62,369 nt of DNA from IMG/VR virus record IMGVR_UViG_3300033076_000313, positions 1 to 62,369 of that record. The stretch is one strand, 5' to 3'. Shown here in pieces: positions 19,525 through 29,633 of this stretch (positions are counted from its first letter, which is position 1; each line of letters opens with the position of its first letter). The DNA comes from a virus (Duplodnaviria > Caudoviricetes). The notes below the pieces were generated by a model, which saw nothing but the letters and a program-made list of their open reading frames with translations, made no database searches and had not been told where the DNA came from. The position numbers and the translations under genes were made by a program.

Positions 19525-20124
19525 TTAAGCACCAAGCACGGCAAGGGCTTCGTTGATGTGTTTGATGCGGTCGTCAAGGCCGACTGTGCCGCCGTTGATG
19601 ACCTTGGTGAGCTTAACCCAGTCACCAGCCTCGGCCAACTCGTTGCACTTGTGCGTTGACCAGAACCAGCCAGCAGTCAAAGCGGCGTATTCAGGTGTTG
19701 CCACAACCGTTGGGTCAGCCCACAAGTCCACACCCAGAGCTTTTCCAGCTTGGTAGTAAGCGCTAGAGCCAGTGAGCTGAATGCAACCACGACCACAAAA
19801 ACGAGCCCCATCACCGCTAGACTCATCACGATTGCCCATGCGATTAGCGTAGACTTTATTGGCGAGCGCTTTCTCATTTCGAGCATAGGGTTGCGCACTT
19901 TCTAAGGTGGGGAAGCGTTTGGGCCAGACTTTCATCAAGCGCTCAGCGGAGTAGCTCAAACCTTCTTTGAGGAGTTTGAAGTTGCCTGACTCATGTTGGC
20001 ACTGGCCAATGAATGCAGCCTGCTGACGAGGTGTGACGATTTGAAAGCGCGTGAATGTGTCATTCAGCGGCTTTACCCACTCTGGGCCAATGTGCAGGCG
20101 TTGGAGTTGCTCAGCGTTTACCAT
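19525..20124 (-). CDS. endolysin, glycoside hydrolase family 19
   Basis: AAFIGQCQHESG, ANKVYANRMGN, GRGCIQLTG, AGWFW, TKVINGG..GLDDR. Confidence 0.92.
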   Translation of the reverse strand: MVNAEQLQRLHIGPEWVKPLNDTFTRFQIVTPRQQAAFIGQCQHESGNFKLLKEGLSYSAERLMKVWPKRFPTLESAQPYARNEKALANKVYANRMGNRDESSGDGARFCGRGCIQLTGSSAYYQAGKALGVDLWADPTVVATPEYAALTAGWFWSTHKCNELAEAGDWVKLTKVINGGTVGLDDRIKHINEALAVLGA

Positions 20125-20533
20125 CTAAGGTCTCCCTCACTTGGTTGTAGCGGTCGATGCAGGAGTTGAGCTCGATGATGGCTCTGTCGCCTTCAGCGAC
20201 GAGCTTGATAAGGTCTTCAACAGTCTGTCCGTCAAGTTCGGCTCGCGCTTGACCATCGTTGGTGGTAGCGGTGGCACATCCACCCTTGGAGGTGATGGGG
20301 ACGTACAGCCTTGGGCGAGAAGACAGAATCCCAGAAAGCTTATTTTCAAACTCTTGCTTGGTGTTGGCATCTTTGGCATCTTGCTCATCCTTTTGCTTTG
20401 TCATCTCTTGGTTGAGACGGGCAATCTCCAGACTGTCCTCCGTCTCCTTTTCCACATAACCTGCATGGTGTCCGTACCCGTATACGCCAGCAAGCGCAAG
20501 GATAAGTCCAATACTCACGTACAGGTTCTTCAT
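20111..20533 (-). CDS. Rz: i-spanin (Rz-like)
   Basis: N-terminal TM, coiled coil, RLYVP..ARAELDGQ..EGDRAIIELNSC; adjacent to the endolysin. Confidence 0.8.
   Translation of the reverse strand: MKNLYVSIGLILALAGVYGYGHHAGYVEKETEDSLEIARLNQEMTKQKDEQDAKDANTKQEFENKLSGILSSRPRLYVPITSKGGCATATTNDGQARAELDGQTVEDLIKLVAEGDRAIIELNSCIDRYNQVRETLDGKR
20137..20388 (-). CDS. Rz1: o-spanin lipoprotein (Rz1-like), embedded in Rz in another frame
   Basis: Signal peptide KSLKISFLGFCLLAQG|C followed by Pro-rich TSPSPPRVDVPPLPP; fully inside Rz. The start may be a later ATG (20379 or 20370). Confidence 0.75.
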   Translation of the reverse strand: MSKMPKMPTPSKSLKISFLGFCLLAQGCTSPSPPRVDVPPLPPTMVKREPNLTDRLLKTLSSSSLKATEPSSSSTPASTATTK

Positions 20534-21042
20534 GTGTGTTCCTTGGCTGCGGCTCGCTCATTTGCGATGTCCTCACGGTGCGGGTCAAGGTAATCGGCCG
20601 GAGTCTCGGGTGGCGGGCCGGGTCGCCATGTCTCATCCAGCTCAGGATTCTTGAAGCCGTTGAAATCAAAACCAAACAAGCCCGAGGAAGCCGTAGGCGC
20701 GGGGCTGATACTAGGCGCTACGGCTTGGGGCTGTGGGGATGGAGGCACCTGTTTAGAAGCCATGCTCTCCGAGATGGACTGCACACCCTTCTTGGACATC
20801 ACGCCACCAATGCCGCCAACGATCAACAGCACAATGTCGTTCAACATCTTGGCAAACGCTTGATCCATCGGAGCCATAGTTTTTATGGGTTGCGTCACGT
20901 AGGCCAAGCTGTACAACATGAACGCAACGATGCCAGCCAAGACCAGCGTGACAATCACAACGACAAAGCCCCAGATGCGGACTTCAAACTCTTCAGCGGT
21001 TAGCAGGGGCCGAGGCTGTTTCGGGTGCTTGTTGAACAGCAT
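20530..21042 (-). CDS. holin-like membrane protein (2 TM)
   Basis: Two hydrophobic segments (IWGFVVVIVTLVLAGIVAFMLYSL; IVLLIVGGIGGVM); located in the lysis cassette. Confidence 0.55.
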   Translation of the reverse strand: MLFNKHPKQPRPLLTAEEFEVRIWGFVVVIVTLVLAGIVAFMLYSLAYVTQPIKTMAPMDQAFAKMLNDIVLLIVGGIGGVMSKKGVQSISESMASKQVPPSPQPQAVAPSISPAPTASSGLFGFDFNGFKNPELDETWRPGPPPETPADYLDPHREDIANERAAAKEHT

Positions 21043-21217
21043 TTTGTTTCTCCAAGATAGGTGCTACGAGATAGTCTGGACAGTCTTGTGTGAACAGACA
21101 CTTTGGACGCTGGCATCGTGCTTCGTTCCAATTTGCTGGGTCTTGGCAATGATAGCGGTATCGCTCCTCACAACCCATCAGGGCTAGAAGCAGGCTTAGC
21201 AGGACTAGGCTTCGCAT
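20993..21217 (-). CDS. small Cys-rich lipoprotein
   Basis: MRSLVLLSLLLALMG|C lipobox; four further Cys; AAGGAG RBS. Confidence 0.75.
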   Translation of the reverse strand: MRSLVLLSLLLALMGCEERYRYHCQDPANWNEARCQRPKCLFTQDCPDYLVAPILEKQNAVQQAPETASAPANR

Positions 21218-21497
21218 AGCTCTCCTTTAAATCTTGGCGCAGCTTTTTCATCTGTTGCATCTCGTACTGTACATCAGACTTCATCTTAGCCGTCTCCACA
21301 AGAACTAGCAGCGAAAGCGGCAGGGCTAGGAAGAGAACGATAGAAAGGATGACAACAGCAACCACAAACCACCGGGTGTCTTCACGAGCCATCCGAGCGA
21401 TAGCAGCGTGCCCCACATCCACATTACTGCCACCAGCACCGTTACTCCCGTAATTGCCCGGTCGATTCTGTGTCTGCGCAGAAGGTCTTGTTGCCAT
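21168..21497 (-). CDS. single-TM coiled-coil protein
   Basis: WFVVAVVILSIVLFLALPLSLLVLV followed by a coiled coil; overlaps both neighbours; start uncertain. Confidence 0.55.
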   Translation of the reverse strand: MATRPSAQTQNRPGNYGSNGAGGSNVDVGHAAIARMAREDTRWFVVAVVILSIVLFLALPLSLLVLVETAKMKSDVQYEMQQMKKLRQDLKESYAKPSPAKPASSPDGL

Positions 21498-22144
21498 GCT
21501 GAATCTCGTTCTTTTTTGACTTTCAACAACCGTGCGTATTCTTGCTCTTCAAGAATCTGGTCGTACATCTTGAGAAAGTTCTCGTACATGGCACCAAGGC
21601 CCAAGTCCTGCGGTGTCCCCCAAACCATCGCGTGATTGAGCTGGTTAGATAGCTGGCGCATTTGCCACTCTAGTTCAATTCGATCAATCGCACTATCGGC
21701 AACCTTCTCTGTCGTTAGAGACTGGTGCTCAAGCTCCCGGCAGTGCATTTTCAGTTGGCGTATCGCCTCGAAATAGACCTTCAAATTTTCGCAGATTTCA
21801 TGAACCTGACGCGCTTGGAACTCCTCGTAACTCAGCTCTGGTTCTGGTTGCTTTTTTGTTTTTTTAGAACTTTTTGTGGTGTCAGCGACATTGATGTCGT
21901 TGAGTTGTTTTGTAGGTGTGATTTGCGTAGGTTTTGCAGGAGTTTGTGTGCCTCCCAGTAGACCTTTAATCCAACCCCAAAGTCCCGTAACTTCCTTGTA
22001 GATAGCTTGAGCATTTTTTACGCCGCCTTCAACAGTTGACTTGAACTTGTCGATCTCAGCCTTCCCCTCTTTGAGCATTTGGCAGCCGGTGCTGATTGCA
22101 GCAACAGCGCTTTGGGCCATGAGAAGAAGGCTGATTGGGTCCAC
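21326..22144 (-). CDS. membrane-anchored coiled-coil protein
   Basis: MDPISLLLMAQSAV N-terminus; C-terminal hydrophobic segments. Confidence 0.7.
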   Translation of the reverse strand: MDPISLLLMAQSAVAAISTGCQMLKEGKAEIDKFKSTVEGGVKNAQAIYKEVTGLWGWIKGLLGGTQTPAKPTQITPTKQLNDINVADTTKSSKKTKKQPEPELSYEEFQARQVHEICENLKVYFEAIRQLKMHCRELEHQSLTTEKVADSAIDRIELEWQMRQLSNQLNHAMVWGTPQDLGLGAMYENFLKMYDQILEEQEYARLLKVKKERDSAWQQDLLRRHRIDRAITGVTVLVAVMWMWGTLLSLGWLVKTPGGLWLLLSSFLSFSS

Positions 22145-22146
22145 AT

Positions 22147-23076
22147 TCAGTACGCCCCGTAAATTGTTCCGTTGTTGACAACGTTAACAAAAGCAGAAGT
22201 TGTAGAAATCGCACGCCCCGCTGCACCACCAGCATAAGTAGCGCCGCTAGATGAGATACCTGTGCCACCAGCGGCACCCCAACCCCCGCCACCGCCACCA
22301 GCGCTGTATATCGGGGAGCCGGTAACGCCAGAAACGGAGCCATTTGCACCAGCAACACCCGGGCCACCACCAGCGCCCCCAGTCACAGTTACTGCATCGC
22401 TTGGGCCTGTTGAAGCGTAAATACCTGCGGAACCGCCGCCCCCGCCACCAGTACCGTACTGATAGGCGGTGGTGCTTGAGGGGTAAACCCCTACGTTTGC
22501 AGTTCCGCCTGTTCCGTTGAGCACAGTACCGCCACCGCCACCCGTTCCGGGAGCAAAAGCAGAACCATTAGTGCCTGTTGTATTCCACGAACTTGCACCG
22601 CCATAACTGTTACTTGCGCCAGAACCTTGACCGCCACCGCCAGCCACAGCGTTTCCTGAGCCTCCGCCGCCACCCCCACCGCCGCCAGCAATAGTTCCGT
22701 TATTTGTGACGAACACGGTTACACCGGCAACCAAAGGGGCCAAGCTAATAGCGGAAAAGCCGTCGCCCCCAATCGAAGCGGAGCCGCCGTTGCCGCCAGA
22801 GCCAGCGATCACACCGTTGTTGGTGATGACAATCAAATCCCCAGCCGTAAAAGCGGCTAGCTCCAAACCGTATTTGTACGAACTCTGCCAATACCCCCAG
22901 CGCACCGCTCCACTATCAACAGTTATGTAGTAAATGCGGCTTCCTGCACGCGCACTAGAAAACCCAGAAAAACTGCTCGGCGTGATTGTGTTGCTTGCAC
23001 CCGTGGAAGTCCCTGTCAGTGTCAGACTTCCATAGAAGGCAAGATTTCTGGCGGATGCGGCAAGTGCGATAGTCAT
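22147..23076 (-). CDS. glycine-rich receptor-binding/adhesin-like tail protein
   Basis: Likely start MTIALAAS at 23076 (TAATG overlap with upstream gene). NNGVIAGSGGNGG, GGGGGGGGG and GGGGGWGAAGG resemble T-even gp38-type Gly-rich adhesins. Confidence 0.7.
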   Translation of the reverse strand: MTIALAASARNLAFYGSLTLTGTSTGASNTITPSSFSGFSSARAGSRIYYITVDSGAVRWGYWQSSYKYGLELAAFTAGDLIVITNNGVIAGSGGNGGSASIGGDGFSAISLAPLVAGVTVFVTNNGTIAGGGGGGGGGSGNAVAGGGGQGSGASNSYGGASSWNTTGTNGSAFAPGTGGGGGTVLNGTGGTANVGVYPSSTTAYQYGTGGGGGGSAGIYASTGPSDAVTVTGGAGGGPGVAGANGSVSGVTGSPIYSAGGGGGGWGAAGGTGISSSGATYAGGAAGRAISTTSAFVNVVNNGTIYGAY

Positions 23077-24137
23077 TATGCGAGTCCTGCGCCGATGATG
23101 TAGCAAGTCGAAGCATCGACAAAAATAACAGTGGCCACGCCGCGTGCGGCTAAGCTGCGGGTGCCTGTGCCCACCGCCGCCCAATACATCGACAAACCTG
23201 AGCCTTGCGTAATGTTGATGCTGCTTGCAGTGTTGTTGATGATGGTGAACGCATCGTTTGCTGCAAACGTGGCCGAAGGCACTGTGATATTGCTTGTTGC
23301 AATCAGTAGGCACCCTCGATCAGAAACAGCCGCCGTACCACTTGTGCTGCCAGTAAAAAACGAACGGAAACGATCAGCGAATGCTGTGGTGGCAATTGCG
23401 GTTGTAGCGTCTTTCGCTGATTGTGTTGTGGAGGTTGTCGCGTTTGTTGCGTTTGTTGCGTTTGTAACTGCTGTCGAGCCAATTTGCCCAACGATGTCGG
23501 AGGCACTGGCCGTACTAACTGCCGAAGTGCCTGCGCCTTTGAGCAGCGCACCTGAGGTAAAAGTTGTTGCACCCGTACCACCATTGCCAACGGGAAGCGT
23601 TCCTGTAACACCCGTAGTAAGAGGCAGCCCTGTAGCGTTTGTCAAAGTGCCAGACGATGGTGTACCAAGCGCTGGAGTTGTCAGTGTCGGGCTGGCCAAC
23701 GTGGCTGAGATAAGGTGTGTGTTTTGCTGCGCAAAGTTTGTACCGTCGCTCCAAATTGTCATCGTCTTACCCGCAGGGATGGCCACGCCTGTGCCAGCCG
23801 CAGTGGTGTTACCCAACACAGTCGAGTTGTAGATTGTTGCGGTGTAACTGGATGCGTTGTAAATGACGTATTGTTTTGGTGATGGAGGAGCATATACCGC
23901 GAAGTTCGCTCCTGTGGTTGTCGTCAAGGCGATTGACGCATACCGCGCCTCATCTGTCGAACCGTAATTTGCGGTAAGGGCTTGGCTTGATGCGATGACC
24001 GAGACCGATGTATACCCTGCAATTGCGGACTCCAGCACTGTCGAAAGATTGGAGTTGGTTGTAACACCCCACACGCCTGCTTGGTCGCCGGTGCCAATGA
24101 GTTCAATGCGAAGATCGGGAGAGTATGTAGATGCCAT
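23076..24137 (-). CDS. tail fibre protein
   Basis: MASTYSPDLRIELIGTGDQAGVWG N-terminus, LTTPALGTPSSGTLTNATGLP, TLPVGNGGTGATT. Confidence 0.8.
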   Translation of the reverse strand: MASTYSPDLRIELIGTGDQAGVWGVTTNSNLSTVLESAIAGYTSVSVIASSQALTANYGSTDEARYASIALTTTTGANFAVYAPPSPKQYVIYNASSYTATIYNSTVLGNTTAAGTGVAIPAGKTMTIWSDGTNFAQQNTHLISATLASPTLTTPALGTPSSGTLTNATGLPLTTGVTGTLPVGNGGTGATTFTSGALLKGAGTSAVSTASASDIVGQIGSTAVTNATNATNATTSTTQSAKDATTAIATTAFADRFRSFFTGSTSGTAAVSDRGCLLIATSNITVPSATFAANDAFTIINNTASSINITQGSGLSMYWAAVGTGTRSLAARGVATVIFVDASTCYIIGAGLA

Positions 24138-24181
24138 TTTCTGTCCTTAGTTACTGGGTATTATGATAGAAGCCACAGTTT

Positions 24182-24478
24182 TTAGGTAGCCCATTGCGCT
24201 AAAGGTTTGTCTGGCCAAACAGGCTCCGCTACAGGCGCTAACAAAATTTTTCGCACCACCGCTCGATACGCGTCAAACTCAGCCTTGTTGAGCAACGTTT
24301 CTGCAACGTCGGGAAGTTGCGACCAATCGGTGTCAACAAGTAACTGCTTGGCTTGTTGCTTTGCTACCTCGGGCATTTTTGCCTGTTGTTGGGCATTAAA
24401 CGCCGCGTTAGCTTCGTGCAACTCTTGAATTTCCTCGGGTGTCATTTCCATGTACACGCCGTCTACACATTTCAACAT
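24182..24478 (-). CDS. tail fibre assembly chaperone
   Basis: LLVDTDWSQLPD..YRAVVRKI..PVWPDKP; immediately downstream of the long fibre gene; start taken at MLKCVDG. Confidence 0.75.
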   Translation of the reverse strand: MLKCVDGVYMEMTPEEIQELHEANAAFNAQQQAKMPEVAKQQAKQLLVDTDWSQLPDVAETLLNKAEFDAYRAVVRKILLAPVAEPVWPDKPLAQWAT

Positions 24479-24488
24479 TTTTATCCCT

Positions 24489-27400
24489 TTACTGGAAGCT
24501 GTATACAGCCACGTCACACGTTTGAGCCCAACCGCCAGTATTATCTATGACGATTCGGTTAAACGCTGCGCTAAACGCACCGCGCAGTTCACCAAACCAG
24601 TACGTGCCGCCGTTCATGCCACGATAGAAAACGGTCAAATCGTTTGAACTTGAGCCGCCGACATAAATATCCATTTCTATCGTCGATTTCAACGGGCTTG
24701 TGGTGCTGTATGGAATCACTGGGCTTTGCGAAAACATGCCCGAGAAAATAGCTGTCGCAAACGAATTAGCTTGGTAAACGCTGTTTGACGGCACAGTACC
24801 TGTCGTGACGCTGTAATAGTAGCTGCCGCCACCCCGTGCATCGCTAAAAGTTGCGTTCGCAGAATCTTTGAATGTGACGCGCACATAGTTTGTCGATGTA
24901 GTTGCAGTCGAGTTGGTGTAGTTGCTGATAACGACTCTGAAATGCTTGTACGCAGTACCGTCAAGGGTGACCGTTGTCGAGTAAGTGTTAGCCGCAGTGA
25001 CGGCAATTTTTGTTGCGTTATGTACTGTTGCAGTTGCAGCATTTCCAGTAATACCAATACCCCAAGTACCAGAAGCACCGGAGCCGGTAAGGGAGGGGCT
25101 GTACGAGGTGTAGTTGCTTGCGTTTAAAACAATGTTGTTGTTTACATACGCATTTGATGGTGTAACAGCAAAAGCCGCTCCTGTCGCTGTAACGTTTCCG
25201 TTTGGATGAATCCCAATAGTATCAGCGCCGCCGATACCGGACGAACCTTGATAATAGCTAATACCGTAGCTAGTAGCATTGCCAAAATACCAAATTGGGT
25301 TACGGACGCCAGCGGACCAAGTTGCGTTGGCAAATCCGTTATTACCGCCCGACGTGACAAGCCCAGAAAAAGTTCCTGTTGTTGCGCTTAATGCGCCTGT
25401 AATGTTTACCCCAGTTGTAGACGAGGCTTGGTTCGAGCTTGCCGCCCAAACAAGTGTTCCACTTGGCGCAGTCGTTGAATACGAAGGCGCGTTATATAAC
25501 GTGGAACCGCCGGTGCCACCATACGTAATATCCACCAAGGCCCAAACAGTCGTCTTTACATATATGCTGACGTTATTGCTCGCGTCTTTATACACAAGCA
25601 AATCTTGGTTGCCGATGTTGCCACCTACATACCCTTGAACCGGAATGGAGCCTCCACGAGAGAATACTGATAGATTGATAGACGCCGCACCTTGGCTACC
25701 ACCTGCTGGTCCGTCATGACCGCCGATGTTGCCGCGAATAAACACGCTACCGTTGTTTGTGCTAATGAACGCAACTAGGTAATAGCGTGTGGTGGAATCA
25801 GAGCTTTGGTCAACGTACAGCTCATAACGCGGCGCTGCGTAACTACCGTAGTTAGCCGCATTAAGCACCTGATACCCGTTTTGTGTGATTGCACCTGTGG
25901 CAGAAAGCGTGCCTGTAACTGCTGCACCGTTTTCATCCGCCGTAAGGCTGGTCACCCAAGAAACGCCAGTGCCTGCGGCAGCCGTGCGCCACTCATGACG
26001 GCCATTACCAAGATGCTGGATGTACGCAAACTTTTTCTTGGCTGGATCGTCTTCGACCCACGAACCGCTAAACAATGCGTTGGTGGTGAAGTTAAGGCCG
26101 TTGCCGTCCGAACCTAGGCGTGCTTGCGCTGTGACGCCGGATGTCACAAGCGCCCACTTTAACCATGTGGATGCTGTCAGTGTTGAGGATGCTTCTGGGT
26201 TACAAGCGCCAAACACTTGCAAGTTGCGCGTATCACCAAACAACTTCATCATTGAGCGACCATTTACATAGTCATAGACCTCAAAGTTTTTGTAGGTGCC
26301 TGCGGTCCCGCCCCAATTGAGGCCAAGTAACGCGAAGCTGCCTCCGTCAGCATCTGCTGCGGTAAAGTAAATACGTGCGTTTGTACTTTGAAAAGTCCCA
26401 GCAATGGTCGTGCCAGTCAACGTTCCAGTCAACGTACCGCCAGTCAACGGCAAATACGTTCCGCTAAGAGATGGGATGTCGGACGCTTGAATCGCGGACA
26501 TCGTTACGTTGGTGCCGTCACCACGCAAATACTGCCCTGCTGTTGTCGCGCCAGCAAGGGCGTTCATCGCTGCTTGTGCCGAAGCCTGCCCTGTACCGCC
26601 GTTAGCAAGGGGTAACGTGCCACTCACATGCGTAGCCAAACCGATCTTGCCCCATGAAGGAGCCGAACTGACACCTCCAGAGATGAGTGCATTGCCTACC
26701 GCGACGTCGGCCAGTTTGGCCAACGAAGTGGTTGTGTTCGCATACAGCAGATCACCCACGGCGTATGACGCAAACCCTGTGCCGCCGTAAGTCGGGCCAA
26801 TGGTGCTTGCGTTCCAAGTTCCAGCAGCCAGCGTACCAACGCCAGTGATGCCGGTATAACTGCCAGACAACCGTGCTGTGCCGAGCGTACCGCTAGAAAT
26901 GTTGGAAGCGTTGGTTGTGTCTGTGGTGGCCGATGCGGCCAAGCCTGTGATGTCAGACGCGGCGGGTTGTTGCCATACGGGAGCAGCAGAGCCTGTGCCC
27001 GTACCTGTTTGTCCCAAGAATTTCTTGGTTGTGGTTGTGTTGCCGGACAGAACAGTCAGTGTGTTTGTCGATGGCGAATACAGCATGTCGCCAACTGCGT
27101 ATGCGTTCTGTCCTGTACCACCGTTGGTTGCTGGTAAAGAGCCAGACACTGCGCCTGATTGGTCAAGGGCTACACCATTCCACTCAACGTTTGTGCCGGA
27201 GCCATTGACAACCAAGGACTTGTATGCGGAACCAACAGGAAGCTTTGACCATGTATTGGTAGCGGAGCCGTACAGCAAATCACCTGTGGCCACCGTAGCC
27301 GTACCTGTACCGCCCAGCGTGGCTGGAACGGTGGTCAACGACAGGGTATTTCCGCTCAACTGCAAAGGCGAGTTAACCACGTATTGAGGGACAGAACTGA

Positions 27401-28682
27401 ACTGGCTAAACGTGATGTTTGTGGTGCCAAAAGTAATCACGCCTACAGTCGTGCAGGTGTACGACTCGAACGCCGCAGTGTCCCCCTCCTGAACGAAGAA
27501 ATACGCTCCTTCGTCGAGTGCGTTAGGATTGTTCACTCCATACGTGTTTGCATCCGAAGCACGTGTCAGCACCCAGTTTGTAGAGCCTGAACCGATGTTG
27601 GTGACGACATACACGCCGTTTTGTGTTTGGTTGGTTTGGTCCATGACCAGCACGCGGTCATTTACGGCCATAGTTATGCCGTCCAAAACCAAAGCGGTCT
27701 GCGTCCCGGCGTTTGTCAGTGTGGCTCCAACACCTGCGGTTCCGTTGTTGTACGTGGCGTTAAGGTTGCCAATTGCTTCCACGCGCACTGCGGGGTGCAC
27801 GGTCAAGCCAGCGGATGCTGCGTTATCCACATACGCTTTAGTCACAAACTCATTTGTCGCGGGAGACGTCATCGACGAAGTGGTTGTAACAGGCGCAGTA
27901 AAAGTGCCACCCTGCGCGTTCACGTCGCCTGTCACGTTGATGCTGGCCGTTGTGGTCAGTTCTTTTGTGAGCTTGTCAAAGCGTGCGGCTTCGTCAGCAG
28001 GCGTTACACCGCCAGTGAAGAAAATCAAGTCGTCAGTACCACTACCGACAAACATCTCACCGCCGTCACCATACAGGTACATCGAGCCCGCAGTGAAGAT
28101 CGGCCAAGTCAAGGACGAGAAGTTTGAGCTGTTGATGCCCATGTCCATGAAGTTGGCTGAATCAGAAACCGTGTTGTCACGGTAGACGATCATGTCAGCG
28201 GAGGCTTCTGCACCATCGTTCAAGTTGCGTGCATAAAGCTGCGCAAACGAATCCACATTGCCGTACATCTCGCCAAGCGCGGCGGAGAATGTTGTGTACC
28301 CAGTGACGCCATTACCAACAACCGTGATCGGGCCGCCGTCAATCAAGACGTTGCCAGACGCTTCTTCGTAGATAGCTTTCTTGGCTGGGTATGTGATAAA
28401 CAGGTCTTTTGGACCGGAAGCAAAAGAAATCTTGTTTGTGGTAGCCGCGCTGTTGTCAAGGACCGTGTCGCGCACCAGCGTCCCGCCAGCCGCCGTCGTG
28501 TACTGGCCGATACCAACTTCCCAATCACCTGTGGCTTGGTCGTAGCAACAGTAATAGGTGAAGTTGTTTGCACCGATCACAGAGAATGAGTCGTATCCAG
28601 ACGAAGAGCCGCCAAGAACAAAATCAGCCGTGCCTGTTGTAGCTGTGGTTTCTTTTACGCGGTCTTTTAAAACAATAGCCAT
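24489..28682 (-). CDS. long tail fibre protein (1397 aa)
   Basis: LKDRVKETTATTGT N-terminus, TKAYVD..DRVLVMDQTNQTQNGVYVV..LTRASDA domain, three GGTG..GD(L/M)LY repeats, VLNAxNY repeats. Confidence 0.85.
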   Translation of the reverse strand: MAIVLKDRVKETTATTGTADFVLGGSSSGYDSFSVIGANNFTYYCCYDQATGDWEVGIGQYTTAAGGTLVRDTVLDNSAATTNKISFASGPKDLFITYPAKKAIYEEASGNVLIDGGPITVVGNGVTGYTTFSAALGEMYGNVDSFAQLYARNLNDGAEASADMIVYRDNTVSDSANFMDMGINSSNFSSLTWPIFTAGSMYLYGDGGEMFVGSGTDDLIFFTGGVTPADEAARFDKLTKELTTTASINVTGDVNAQGGTFTAPVTTTSSMTSPATNEFVTKAYVDNAASAGLTVHPAVRVEAIGNLNATYNNGTAGVGATLTNAGTQTALVLDGITMAVNDRVLVMDQTNQTQNGVYVVTNIGSGSTNWVLTRASDANTYGVNNPNALDEGAYFFVQEGDTAAFESYTCTTVGVITFGTTNITFSQFSSVPQYVVNSPLQLSGNTLSLTTVPATLGGTGTATVATGDLLYGSATNTWSKLPVGSAYKSLVVNGSGTNVEWNGVALDQSGAVSGSLPATNGGTGQNAYAVGDMLYSPSTNTLTVLSGNTTTTKKFLGQTGTGTGSAAPVWQQPAASDITGLAASATTDTTNASNISSGTLGTARLSGSYTGITGVGTLAAGTWNASTIGPTYGGTGFASYAVGDLLYANTTTSLAKLADVAVGNALISGGVSSAPSWGKIGLATHVSGTLPLANGGTGQASAQAAMNALAGATTAGQYLRGDGTNVTMSAIQASDIPSLSGTYLPLTGGTLTGTLTGTTIAGTFQSTNARIYFTAADADGGSFALLGLNWGGTAGTYKNFEVYDYVNGRSMMKLFGDTRNLQVFGACNPEASSTLTASTWLKWALVTSGVTAQARLGSDGNGLNFTTNALFSGSWVEDDPAKKKFAYIQHLGNGRHEWRTAAAGTGVSWVTSLTADENGAAVTGTLSATGAITQNGYQVLNAANYGSYAAPRYELYVDQSSDSTTRYYLVAFISTNNGSVFIRGNIGGHDGPAGGSQGAASINLSVFSRGGSIPVQGYVGGNIGNQDLLVYKDASNNVSIYVKTTVWALVDITYGGTGGSTLYNAPSYSTTAPSGTLVWAASSNQASSTTGVNITGALSATTGTFSGLVTSGGNNGFANATWSAGVRNPIWYFGNATSYGISYYQGSSGIGGADTIGIHPNGNVTATGAAFAVTPSNAYVNNNIVLNASNYTSYSPSLTGSGASGTWGIGITGNAATATVHNATKIAVTAANTYSTTVTLDGTAYKHFRVVISNYTNSTATTSTNYVRVTFKDSANATFSDARGGGSYYYSVTTGTVPSNSVYQANSFATAIFSGMFSQSPVIPYSTTSPLKSTIEMDIYVGGSSSNDLTVFYRGMNGGTYWFGELRGAFSAAFNRIVIDNTGGWAQTCDVAVYSFQ

Positions 28683-28691
28683 CTCATGCCT

Positions 28692-29615
28692 TTATACGTT
28701 GTCTGTACCGATGACGGTCCATGTTCCTGATTGCGCGTCATATACCACGCTCCAACCCGGCGTTTGCGCATTGTTGATTGTCGCCCAAGTTCCGTCTTGC
28801 GCGTCATTGATCGTACTCCAACTTGCTGCTTGTGCTGTACTAACGCCGCTCCAATTGGCTGTTTGTTCGTCGTCAATAAGCTCCCAAAGGAACCTAGCAA
28901 CAATTTGGTCCGCCGCTGCCGCGCTGCCCTGCATGGTAGCGAAAAACACCGCCGATGCCAAGAACTGTACCGTTACCACCGCACTGTCTAACACCGCTGC
29001 ATGGAACACAGAAGGTGCGACACTTGCACTATCGGCGGCAGTCGCTGACGCCGCGAAATTAACGGAAAATGAAGCTGTTGCGCTGGATGTATCTGCCCCT
29101 GTAGCTGCGGCTACAAATGAAGCAAGGAACTCCACCAACGCACTTGACGTTGCGGTTCCTGTCACACTTTCTGCAAGCGCACAAGAGTACGCCAAATTCC
29201 CCACCATCGTGTCTGTAACGGTGCCTGTTTCTGCTATCGCGCCAACGAAGACGGCAAGGGCAGAAACTATGTCCGCGCCTGCTGCCGTCTCCGCGATCAC
29301 CCCGAGCAAATCCGCTTGCGCAGCAACAGTCTCAGAAGCTGCACCACCTTCATCAATCGCACAGGCGAAGTCGATCAGCGCAGAAACAGTTTCAGATGTT
29401 GTTGAACTGTCAGAAATTGCTGCCGAGAAAACGGACGCTGCGACCGCTACCACGTCGGTAACGGTGCTTGTTTCGGTTAGGTATGGGGTAAAGATTGCGA
29501 CCGCCACAGGCGCGGTATCACTTGCCAGTAAGCCGTCAACTATCTCAGCTAAGTAAGCTGCTTGAGAAGTGGCTACAGCAAGCGGAACAACGGCAAGTGG
29601 GGTGAACCCAAGCAC
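28692..29615 (-). CDS. Ala-rich virion structural protein
   Basis: MLGFTPLAVVPLA start; C-terminal W-x-x-I/V repeats; AGGGAGG RBS. Confidence 0.7.
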   Translation of the reverse strand: MLGFTPLAVVPLAVATSQAAYLAEIVDGLLASDTAPVAVAIFTPYLTETSTVTDVVAVAASVFSAAISDSSTTSETVSALIDFACAIDEGGAASETVAAQADLLGVIAETAAGADIVSALAVFVGAIAETGTVTDTMVGNLAYSCALAESVTGTATSSALVEFLASFVAAATGADTSSATASFSVNFAASATAADSASVAPSVFHAAVLDSAVVTVQFLASAVFFATMQGSAAAADQIVARFLWELIDDEQTANWSGVSTAQAASWSTINDAQDGTWATINNAQTPGWSVVYDAQSGTWTVIGTDNV

Positions 29616-29633
29616 AGGGAACCTCCCTGTGTA

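Noticed and set aside
23440-23465. 9-bp tandem repeat in the tail fibre gene
   Set aside because: Encodes the common fibre motif NATNATNAT; a multiple of three, so not a phase-variation tract.
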